A model generated the notes under the pieces. It did no database searches. It had not been told where the DNA came from and saw only the letters and a program-made list of their open reading frames with translations. From Haliotis rufescens (lineage: Eukaryota), in assembly GCF_023055435.1 (NCBI RefSeq), contig NW_025963879.1, forward strand, positions 4,092,001 to 4,156,000: a stretch of 64,000 nt of DNA, read 5' to 3'. The stretch's first letter is position 1. Every line of letters starts with the position of its first letter. A program made the translations under genes and the position numbers. Below are positions 12,258 through 23,590 of this stretch, one piece after another.

Positions 12258-13519
12258 GGAGGCTCAACTGGGGATCTTGGTCGTGTGGAATGGTCACGCC
12301 CATGTACAGGGTGTGAAGGAGTGACGTCCATATCAAGTGGATCAAACGGATTATGAACCTTTACAGTAGGATCTAAAGGTTGGGGCACCTCCAAATGCTG
12401 GAGAGTCCTGGCCTGTTTTTTTAACTGTTTCTTTTTCTTTTTCTTTTGGTTAACTGTCTCAACTTCTTGCTCAGATGTTGGTTCAGAGGTTGGTTCAGAT
12501 GGGCCTTGTGTTGGCATTTCTGTCTGAGACGCAGATGAACTGGTCTGTGAAGGTGGTGGCATAGGTGTATCACCAAGTGTGACCCGTTGATCAGTCACCC
12601 AAGATATGTCTGTTTGACAGGAAATGGATTTTGTCGTTACCTTGGGAACGGGAACAGAAGAAAGTGCAGCAGAATATGAGACAGTAGGATTTTGACTAGG
12701 ATTGGGAAGTAATTTTTTCGCTTCAGAAAAAGAGATATTGTTTGTGTGTTTAATTTTGAGGAGTGTTGACTGATATTCAAATTTTGGGCAGGACTTTGAC
12801 GATGCCAAATGTTGTCCATCACAGTTGGCACACTTGATGTCATTGGTGCACTCAGGGTTCTCATGAGCCCCACTGCAACGAAGGCATACATTATTGCGGG
12901 TGCAGGTGTTGGCACCATGGCCAAACTGTTGGCACTTAAAACATCTGAGTGGGTTAGGGATATATACCTCAACACCAATGTTAAAGTAGCCAGCTTTTAT
13001 TGATGTTGGAATAGCAGAAAGTCTAAAGGTGAACAGATATGTATTTGTTTTGATGACATTGTTGTCCTGTTTTCTCGTGAAACTTTTCACGGAGGTAACT
13101 CCTTGATGTGTCAATGCTGCTGCAATTTCGTCTTCTGTCATGTCAGACAGACACTTCGCTCGGTCTCGAACAATTCCTCTGCAGGAGTTTAGAGATTTGT
13201 GCACTGAAACAACAACCTGGGTGTTAACAAACTGCTGGAGACCCAGCAGATTGACAGATTGTTGTCTCCGTGCACACTCGACAAGAAGTGAACCATTTCT
13301 GAGACGAGTTACATTTTTTACCTCTCCACAGACACTCTGAATGCCCTTGGAGACAGCAAAAGGATTAAGTTTGAGAGGATTTCCATCAGAAGAAGATATG
13401 ACTATAAACCTTGGCCAAGAATTAGCAACATCTTGAGAGACATCTTCATCAGATGACAAAGAGTCCACATGACGACGTTTATTGGTTTTCAATGAACCAG
13501 AATTTGGGTTTTGTGACAT
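12254..13519 (-). CDS. LINE ORF1, gag-like nucleic-acid-binding protein with zinc knuckles
   Basis: PNPLRCFKCQQFGHGANTC, CLRCSGAH and CANCDGQH..C. First in-frame ATG is at 13519. The stop overlaps the ORF2 start (ATGA). Confidence 0.93.
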   Translation of the reverse strand: MSQNPNSGSLKTNKRRHVDSLSSDEDVSQDVANSWPRFIVISSSDGNPLKLNPFAVSKGIQSVCGEVKNVTRLRNGSLLVECARRQQSVNLLGLQQFVNTQVVVSVHKSLNSCRGIVRDRAKCLSDMTEDEIAAALTHQGVTSVKSFTRKQDNNVIKTNTYLFTFRLSAIPTSIKAGYFNIGVEVYIPNPLRCFKCQQFGHGANTCTRNNVCLRCSGAHENPECTNDIKCANCDGQHLASSKSCPKFEYQSTLLKIKHTNNISFSEAKKLLPNPSQNPTVSYSAALSSVPVPKVTTKSISCQTDISWVTDQRVTLGDTPMPPPSQTSSSASQTEMPTQGPSEPTSEPTSEQEVETVNQKKKKKKQLKKQARTLQHLEVPQPLDPTVKVHNPFDPLDMDVTPSHPVHGRDHSTRPRSPVEPP

Positions 13520-14127
13520 GGTGTGAGAATAAAATTCGGCACCCCTGATCCCCACCCACCATGGAGTGTCAATAAAAAACGATGCCGCAGAGGAAGCCAG
13601 TCTACAACATCAGGGCTACAGGGGTGTTATACTCCAGCAAATACAACACGAATAGCTAAATTTGTCTACCAAAAGAAATGCCCTGCTGGTTCGGCCCATG
13701 ACAGAACAATGGAGACATATAGAATTCGGAGGTTGACATCACCAGATTGGCCCATGAGCCACCGCCTTCTGGCATAGGACTCTAGGCAAGAATTAGAATT
13801 GCATAATTGGGATAACATAATTCATCATAGAAAATGGAGTATTATGATGTATCAAACGTGACAGTTTGCCATGCTCAGGGCATGACGTGACCAGCCGATT
13901 GATAGAACCGGGCCCATTCTACCACCCGTCTAGGTGAAGTAAGGGTCGAAGTGGCGTGTTGGGCAAAAGGAACACCGGTTCCTGGCTCCATTGCCCTCAA
14001 CCACCAGAATCCCGTCCTCCACCGACACAGGGGCGCAACCCACGGCAAACAGGTTGCCCAATTCGGTCGCCTTTTACGACCAGCAATGGGGTGCTGTGGA
14101 CAAATTCTACCCCGAGTCCACACGGGG

Positions 14128-14185
14128 GAAGAGCTATTAGCGCCACCCAGCACTCACCACGAGGAGGTTGCTCTTCACGAGTGCC
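14128..14185 (-). ncRNA. HDV-like self-cleaving ribozyme (minimal P4) at LINE 5' end
   Basis: P1 GGCACUC/GAGUGCU (G1.U wobble), P2 GAAGAGC/GCUCUUC, P3 ACC/GGU, L3 UCCUCGU, P1.1 CC/GG, J4/2 GCUAA. Confidence 0.88.
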
Positions 14186-15800
14186 CTTGAAATAGGGAAC
14201 AAGAGACTGTGGAAATACACACCCGGACACACGTCCAACACCAACCTTTCTTCATCTACACCGAACTCACTCACTCTCTATTTAGATCATGAATTTTAGT
14301 TTCTATAAAAAAAATTCAACCACAGAATTTAATCAATAAGGAATTCGATTTCGAAAAATGGCTTTTTCATTGGGAAGTGGTCAGCGGTGCTTGACCACCT
14401 GATCCAGGAAATATTACCTACTACTAGCACAGAGTTGTTACATCCATGATTTAATTTGATGTATGATGATTCCTCTATTGTTATCCCTGACTTTATCATG
14501 GGGGTGCATAAAGATAAATGTTCACAGCACCTGTGCTTAGCTTGTGCTAAATCTATACAACAGTAAATTAGCCTTAGTATAATAATATAAATTAATGTAA
14601 TTCCCAACATGTATAGGGGTAGAATACAACATACCTGATTTCCTACAAAGGTTGCACCTCACATGTCAAGGTGTATAATCTGTAACTGTTGGAATACGTT
14701 ACATCCAGCGTCACTGGAATGTACATCGTGCATTGTTACATGCAGACTGGACACTGGATACATGCCCAACACAGGTATTCCTTCCTATTAAGAAGCCTTA
14801 CTCGGAATGTTTAATTGTATAATTCAGTGTGAAAGTTTTCTGAAGTTGGGCGAAAGTGATATTTTCATTGCAGTGAACACAACACTTGATATTTAATTGT
14901 AGTGAGCATGACACTTCGACGGAACTATTGTCATACAAAGGTTTCCTCCCCGCAAATTGTCTCCCTTTAGCCCATACACAAACTGTTGACTTTCTATTTA
15001 CGTAAGTTCCACATTGACAAGGCAATATAATGAAAGATGATCATTTATGGAGTTAATGTCGCTTCTTGCCGTTTGTTATTCTCTTGGAAATGTTTCGCTA
15101 CATTTCTCATTTAACTCGTCAATCGAGACTGTTCATTTGGCAAAGCGCCATTTTTGTTACTTGACAAGCGTGTATTCCTTTGCTTCCAACAACGGTCTTG
15201 TAGCTTTCACGAATGGTTTTTGTTGAAGTTGATGTTGTTTATAATCATACCATTTCCAAATGTAGGATAAATAATTTTAGTGGCCTCAAATATTTGTTAT
15301 TACCTTTTGTTTATTTTCATTAAGATTTTTTAAACAACTACTCGTAACAAACGTCCATCTAAAGAGAATTTACGTTTCGATTTTCTTAGGCATTTGGAAT
15401 GAAAAATAAAATCCGGTAGACATATATGATGAATAAGATGTTCCATACACATGAAATATTCTCTTTATTCTGGGAGACTGAAACCGATAGTAAATGAAAA
15501 TTGGCCGGATTCGAGTAGTCTATTTTCGTTCAGTTGGTGAGGGCGTTATTGCTTCAAATCCTGATGCGCAACTTTATATTAATTATACTTTAATTCCAAC
15601 CAAACGGATCACCACAAGAATACAACTACTTGACAATACCTACTGCATAGTAACTATATATACAATAAGTCAAACACTATATATGATAAGCTGTTATTGT
15701 TACAGTTATCACCTCATGGAAATAACCCCAACTACAAAAGACATTTGCTATATTACCCGAAAAACGTAAATATGATGTGAAATAACCCTTCAATGCGTGC

Positions 15801-15919
15801 TGCCCTTGACAAGGTCATAGTTTGTCGGGAAAAGTCACAATGACCTATGACCTTCACCTTACAGAGCCGGCGAGTTTAGTCTTTACTTTCAATAATTCCT
15901 ACATACCAATAACACGCAA
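15801..15919. promoter_or_regulatory. Cluster of nuclear-receptor half sites (perfect DR1) and an XRE-like site
   Basis: TGACCTaTGACCT at 15841-15853 followed by TCACCT. TGCCCT-n5-AGGTCA at 15801-15817. CACGCAA (TTGCGTG) at 15913-15919. Confidence 0.4.
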
Positions 15920-16677
15920 GAATGACGGAAGTGCATCTGTTTTCCACATTGCCGTGCTACTGTTCAATGCAGTGCTTACACATATCATCGTACGTGCTAG
16001 CCAGCGGGAGAGAGGACGGGAGGGCGAATGCAATGCTCTCAGGGAACCTGCATGCTATCCGTGAATCCGGAGACTGAGGAAACCCGTGGTGAGTGATAAT
16101 ATCAACATTGGATATTTCTCAAATATTTTGTCAAATATCGACAAACACCATTATCCTCTGTGTTGTTCAAATGTGTTCTGGACACGCGCTGTACTGAGGA
16201 AGTCGTCATTATTTCAATTCATTAACCGCGAAAGCTGTAATTTTCCCCGCTGATCAGGCAAGGGTAGTCTGTCTGATTTGTTTTTACAAAATGTCTGTAC
16301 ATAAAAGCATTGATTAGTCATTTTCAGTTAATTATTAACCTCGCCATAATTTCGAAGAAATGCACCCAAACTAAGACGTTGATCTGTCTTGTATATGATA
16401 TGGAATTATAGAATATTATCTTTTATATACCTACTTGCATATACATACAGCTCGTACGGCGACTGTTACATAATCATATTTAAGCGACTCTAATGGGAAA
16501 TAACCAGTGGGGGCTGAATGTGTGTTAGTCATCATCTCGTGTTGAAGCTCATGTGATTGGCAGGCTGAAGGAAGGTCAGATCAATCCGTCATACTGCTTG
16601 GCGATATATGTCCCAGTCAACAAAACAAATAAAATGTAACTACTGGACACAGACAGTTCTATTAAGGAAGACCTTAA

Positions 16678-18290
16678 AGGGGCACTGATCTAAATCCATT
16701 CCCCCGGGACTGGTTGTTGCCTTTGTTATTGCTTTTCCCCGCGAGTACCCGGATGATATAGCAGAAATCTAGATTAGACTAGTTCGCGACCTGTGCTGCG
16801 CCATTCGTAAGCGCATTTGTCACTTTTATTGATAGTATCCGGGCGTATGGTCACATTGATCAACAAAATGAAATACAGTTTTGGAAATAATAAGGAAATG
16901 TAGGTATCGGTAATGGTGACGAAGTCACTTGCTTGGGAATTGTTCGATTCTCGTTTGCACTATTTTACCTTGCAACACAAAGTAAACATTTCACCTGAGC
17001 ATTGCTTATTCTATCGTGTGTATATTTGTAAAGTCAAAATGTGTAACATTTTCACTTAGGAAATTTATTAAACGCCTAAATATTCAGTGAACTGACTGAA
17101 AAATAAGTATTATTATGATAACGAATTCCGATTTATTTAGGATGTTAGGATGAAGTAAATTTCTATATTGCTTGGTGTATAATGCTAGCATAATTAATCT
17201 ATTGTGATGTTTGTAAGCCCTTTGGAACGTCCTAATCATTTTTAGTCAATCTGTTAAATAAATGGACCGATTTTTTCAATGTATTTGTAAAATATTTAGC
17301 CATTTTATAAATTGCCTGAGTGAATCACATATACACGCTTACAAATGAAAAGACCTCGTGAAAACAACGTCTATCGCGCATCGAAGAACTTCCCAACCAA
17401 GACTAAGAGGAACAAGAATAATTTTGTTCAATGCTACAACAAATGAATGAAAACAAAATGCAACTATCATATAAATATATATATAGCGTTTCGGGTTATT
17501 ATAACCCGTGTTCTTTTTTCAACTGATCACTCAGTTTGTTTCAGTTGTTTCACATAGGTGTCAAGTCCCAAAGGTCAGCCGAGAAAGCCCACGTGACAAC
17601 TATTTTAATAATGTCCACGGTTCTTTACAAAGTTAGATAGAAATGAGCAATCACTCAACGTATTATCGGTTTACCCTTTGAACAAAGTATGTTGTTTTTA
17701 CAAAGGCACTTGAAGTCATGATGTAAGTGTAATCCGTCTGCTTTAGTAAACCTACACATCTAAACACTTACTTTTGACATATATCCACTGGGCAAGACAA
17801 CGGTGATTAATCAGTCAACGTACTTTTCTGTTGATCCTTTGATGGCTAGGAATCATCCGTTGATTTACAAAAAAGTAAATCAACTGAGCATTCATCTCTT
17901 GCTGGGCTGGCTGCCACGTGCATTACACATAACACATAACACACATTTCACCTCACTTTAAATCTGGATTTGGATTGAATAATTACCCAAGACACAATGC
18001 CAAATGGGAACCTTTATCGGCTATTCTGAGTGGTGCTACCACTAATTATACCTGTAATAAATTCATTAACTGAGCATCAAGTGAATGACGACAAATACAC
18101 ATGTGTAGGGTTATACCAGAAAACATGGATGACAACAAGGGAGTAGTAATCGTATTATCCACGCAATCCGAAATCCGAAAATGCTTTCACTGCAGGGATA
18201 CTTTTTTATTATCAAACTATAACCATCAGGCGTATTTTCTAAATAACGACATCCGATGAGCTACTACAGAAGCCAGAAATCAGTGCCCCT
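16678..18290. mobile_element. Non-autonomous TTAA-flanked DNA transposon (Kolobok-like)
   Basis: TTAA-AGGGGCACTGAT ... ATCAGTGCCCCT-TTAA, no ORF. Confidence 0.65.
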
Positions 18291-19502
18291 TTAACTGGAC
18301 CGTAGGGGCCGTTATGTTAATATGCAAATTACTGGTGTGGCCAAGGAACGCAACTCCACACAACGGAATGCGACCCCAGATGACTGAGATGTTTGCTCTG
18401 TAGTAAACGGGTTAACTTGTACTTACTTAGTCGAACACAACCAAACTTTTAAATAAAGTTGTCCTTGCTCGACATGTGACATTATTGACTTTGGACTTTT
18501 TGCTACTTTTTCTTCGGTTAGAAGAACGAGTCCTCCCTTTTCTGACAACTTATGTGTATTTGTTCATTTCGTGCAGGCTCGTAAGAACGGGTGGGTGGGG
18601 GGGGGGGGGGGGGGGGGTAAAGGGGGTTGAGAGGCTTAGCACACACACACAAGCACACACAAGCACACACACACACATCGATACACTGTTAGAAGCACGA
18701 CAATTTAGGATTTCTTTGTCTGTTTCTATCACAAGTTCTGAGTGCTGTTGTTTTAGACTTGTTTAAATAATCGTCAAATGTAATTACTTAACATGAAAGG
18801 TTTCGAAACTGTCGCTAACCACAACATTGTAACCTACCTTTCTTATTAGCATGCATGCGTGCTGCTTGAAATCCATATGTATGAGCTGTATTTAATTAAT
18901 CTTTAGGTAAGATCATATAGAAAAACTAATTCTGGAAAAAACAAGTTCGAGCAGTTGCCCCTCAATTACCAAAAAAAACATGAAACCAATGTGTTCAACT
19001 CCAACACATGGTATGTCGCTTCACAAGAACTTTCAAAATGAAATACAGTTTAATGCTAAGGTTTCTTTCAAGGAATTGTTTCCATGCAACCTGTCATGCC
19101 CCGTCTTTTGGTGACATTGTAGACTAAACAACTCATATACTGACAGCAGGCAATCTACCAGTAAGGATAGTAAATTTCGTGTTGACTAACCTTGTGGACG
19201 CTGTTACTAATTACGTTACTAGAGTTCACTAGACATTTGTCTTAGTATAGTACGTGATATACATCTTCATAAGGGTGGTTACAGAATGGACAGAATGTAT
19301 TCTCCATTGCCGCCTTTGAATCCAAATCTAGCTGTTCTAATGCTAAAAGCATGTACATTGCATCAACATTTCGTTAAGATTCGACGGAGATGCACTGATG
19401 TTTTTGCATGAGACAAGTCTCAGATACAATAGAACTTTTGAAATCAGAATGAAAATGTACACAATTTGATTTTCGTACACTCATGAACCATTCTGGTTGA
19501 TA

Positions 19503-20920
19503 CGAGGGCTTGTCAAAAAGTTCTGAGCCTAACAGAAAAAAACCGAACAGCAATTTTCAACATAATCTCCCTGCTTTTCAATGCACTTGTCATATCGATA
19601 TTGAAACTATTCAAGTCAGGAAGAAGTTTTCTGAAGCCACCCTGAAAAACCCATTACGTGCAGCTTTGAGGTCATCGTTGTCGTCATAGCGCTTTCCACG
19701 AAGGTGTTCTTTCAGTCAAGGAAACAGGTGGAAATCACTTGGTGCCAGGTCTCGCGAGTATGGAGGGTGAAGAAGTTCATCGAACCCATATGTCGCACAT
19801 CAATTCGAGAAGAGGCACTGTCATGAAGTAGTAGAACTCCAGCAGTCAGCATTCCTCGCCGCTTTTCTTTGATAGAATCTGTCAGGCGATGAAGCAAATC
19901 AGCACTGTAGGCACTGGTAATCGTCTTTTGACTTTCTAAGTAATCAACAAGGACCACACCCTTTAACGGCCATAACTTTCTTCACTGATCTTGAAGACTT
20001 GAATTTCTTTTGTGCTGGAGAAGTGGAATCTCTTTTTGAATTTGACGAAATCCTCCTCAATTAGCTCTAAATTTTCTCTGGTATAGTCAGATTTTTTTCC
20101 CTTACGAGCAGAATTTAGAAACTTTGGTGACGTCAATCCATTATTTTTCAGGAATGGAGAGCTGTTTGTCAACTGTACATACTCTTGAACCAACATTTCC
20201 ACTTGGAATAGACGGAACTATTTTATATATAGTGAATTATTTCATATTTTGCCGAAAACATTTTTCGCCGGGGAGGGGGTGTCGAAGCCGCATTGTTTCA
20301 TTTGAGAACGTGTAATTGTCAACCTGATCAGGTACGGCGGCACATGAAGGTATGGTGTGAAATTAACTATTAAATATTTTCATAATTTTGCACAATGCTT
20401 AAAAGCTCAAAATGATATGTATATATTTTGTGTTAGAGCAGGTTACCTACGACAATGTTCATATTTATAGCATTTAGATAAACCTTTGACGAGAAAAAAC
20501 AAATAAGGTAATATAAATATCCCTATCCCTTTTGTAAGGAGTGGAGAGTTACTCGGACATTCCCCTCTGTGTATACGTTTTTCTATCTTCTTAAAGTTGA
20601 CGGACGTCCAAACCTCGGATCAAATTCAAGGTTTGTTCTCCAAGTCCTTACGTTGGAATAGTTAGGGCACTTATCCCCATACACTTGTGATATGCGGTCA
20701 TGAATGTGTTGATGACTGCTCGGTACTCGTTCTTTTCCATTTCTTTTTCCATTTTGGCCCCTATCACGTTCAACTGGCAGTCACTAATATACAAACGTTC
20801 TCATCAGACCAAATACACTTGCAATGAACAACTCAAATAATGTACTACACTGACTAGTTCACTTTGTTATGGCCCTTAGTTGAAAGTTAGTCAGGTATAT
20901 AATTCTTTCACCAGCCCTCG
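19503..20920 (-). mobile_element. Degenerate mariner element
   Basis: TA-CGAGGGCT... and ...AGCCCTCG-TA termini. Remnant peptide IKEKRRGMLTAGVLLLHD and a disrupted LAPSDFHLF motif. Confidence 0.8.
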
Positions 20921-21541
20921 TACAGATCTCTACACCTTGGCTTAATATTATTCAGAAATACCCCTCTGTCACCTACACCTTGTGCAAGCCAGACATGCCC
21001 CAATACATATACCGCCCCGATTGTTTCAATATCATGGGTCCGTGTTCATGGTTGTTGGGTTGGAGAAATCCATGTCGAAATCCAGTCGAGCCTGGGTTGT
21101 CAAAGGGGCATCATATCCATTATTCCCGGTAAGGGATGTTTGTTGGGCTCGGCTCAAAGCTGATCTTGGTTAGGTCAGACTGTTGTCAGATGGGCAACAG
21201 TGGAAACTAGTCCCAGTAAGGGACCTTGAATTTATATTTAACAGAACCAACTGTTAACAAAAGCAAACAATATGTCTCCACTGTTTGGGAGACGATTGTT
21301 AATACATTTGTATATACTTATGGGTTAATTAAAGGTGTAAAAGTTAATTTTGTCTTGTCATTTTGGATGGTTAACTAATCATCACTTCAGTTGTTGGTAG
21401 TCGAAAAGCCACGTTCAAACAACAGTTTTGTGGTTATATTACTTGGTAAGAAATGTCTTACGCTGAATATGCGGGCACACACATTTTTATTTATTTCTGA
21501 ATGCAAACATTTTCCTGTTTTCATACAGACCTATTCAGAAG

Positions 21542-23532
21542 ATGATTGCAGTTCTCCTGGTTGTTGTAGTGGGTGTACTGACAGTTATCTCGCTTATTTT
21601 GAAACACCTGGATGGCAGACGATATCTTCAGATTCCCGCCGCGCCTCGTCGCCTACCGTTTATTGGGAATGCCTTCAATATGGACATGTCTCAAGCACAT
21701 TTAGTATTGACAGAACTGGCGCAACAGCTTGGTCCAATATTCCGTATTAGGATTTTTAAGGAAGAAATAGTTGTTCTGAATGATTATGACACAATAACAG
21801 AGGCCCTCGTCACAAACGGACGAGACTTTGCAGGTCGTCCTCCTATGGCAAGGACCGAAGAGGCAGGTAGATCCTCCCAGTCCATCGTCTGGCAGACGTA
21901 CACCCCAAAGCTTGTATTCCTACGCAAAGAAGTACACAAGTGTCTCAAGATGTACGGGTCTGGTTTTGAGACGTTGGAGGAGAAAAGTGCTCCTGAAATA
22001 GCCCATCTGGTTGATGTCATCGAACAGACAGAAGGCCAGTCATTTGACCCATGGAATAGTGTCTATGACGCGGTATCCTGCATCATGCTTAGTTTGGTAA
22101 GAACGTGTGTGAACGACTGACGCTTGATAGAGACGTTTATAGGCCTACCTATATAGTTGTGTATGTGTTTGCAAATGTCTTTATAAAGTGAGCGCATTGT
22201 GAACTGCTTTGATTTCAGTTGCATCACACCCTGACAGATTAGTGTACGAGGGGTTAAGTGAGTGAGTGAGTAAATATTGCTTTAAGCCTCATCAGTATTG
22301 CAGCTATTGTGCGAGGGGTTTAGAGTATGAGATTCTCACGGCATGGTCAACGTCCACAATGCTGCAGACGAGGTTCGATGCCTCAGACTACAAGGCTACT
22401 CCTCGTCACAAACATTCAGCAAATGCTCGGTTTTTATGATATTACAAGTATTATCAGTTCCAAATGATGATCCTACATAATAACGTAACAGATATGTGAC
22501 ACGTCTGTCTTTCCTGTCCTTTTCAGATTCTAGGAACTTCAAACAAGTTGTCGGTCCCATGTCGACGGAAGCTGCAAGAGATTAATTTCCTTTTTAACAC
22601 AACATTCGGTTCCGGTAGTGCTCGTTGGATGGACTTACTGCCCTGGGCAAAGTTTTTCCGTTTTGAAGAACATCAAAAACTTCAGGAGGCCTTAAAACTG
22701 AGGGATGATTTCTGGACTAACGAAATAATATTGCAGGTAAGTGAGAGTACTTGGATATAATCTGTTGTCTGTTTATAATAATAAAGCGACAAAACCCTTT
22801 CCATATCCAATAGAAATCTCTGCATAAAGCAGAGTCGATTGCACGATTCCGACTATACCACGAGAATGTGTTTATAAATCACTATCAATTAGTAATGGAT
22901 GTGTAGAATTTGGTGTGAAGTTCAAGATCATTCAATGTAATTAAGCAGAACAGCTATTACTATAATGGTCCCACTGACACTGAAGAGTTGAAACACTTTA
23001 TACAGTATATGTCAATGCGTATATGAAACATGAGAGATTAAAGATCAAAGATGTTTCCAGACACGGGTATGGTGCTGACAAACCACGGATCACAATCCCT
23101 GATCCTGGCACATCTAATGGAGACATCACTGAACAGCGATTAGAAGCATTCGAACACTGTGCCACCTGTGACATTGAATACATCCACCTCATTTCCCATA
23201 GAAATCAAGATCATAATAGCAAAATCATATTAACTGTAATACTACTGATGAAACTTGTTACATAGGGTCGGGTGAAGTTATAAGGCCAACTTCTCACAAC
23301 AGTATCCGATATGGAGGTGCTCATGTATCCCATGTATTTTCATATTTTCAGGGAATATATCAAGGCGTTGTTAGAAGGATGTTATTTTTTGCCGAGAGCA
23401 AGGGTGAATCTGAATACGACATATCCGAGAACACGGCAAAAGAAGTGTTCACAAATCTGATATTAGCAGGTATGGCTCACTCTATAGCGTAAGTCCTTAA
23501 CTCTTCTCCCTTTTAGAAAGTTCCAAGAAAAC

Positions 23533-23590
<58 letters not shown>

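Larger units (their letters stand above)
8026..14185 (-). mobile_element. Full-length I-group (Nimb/Ingi-like) LINE with RNase H
   Basis: TSD CCCTTGAAATAGGG at 8012-8025 and 14184-14197, (ACTC)n 3' tail, two uninterrupted ORFs. Confidence 0.95.

Noticed and set aside
22255-22410. Very degraded SINE-like sequence with a (GAGT)n tract
   Set aside because: Too diverged to delimit or classify confidently.
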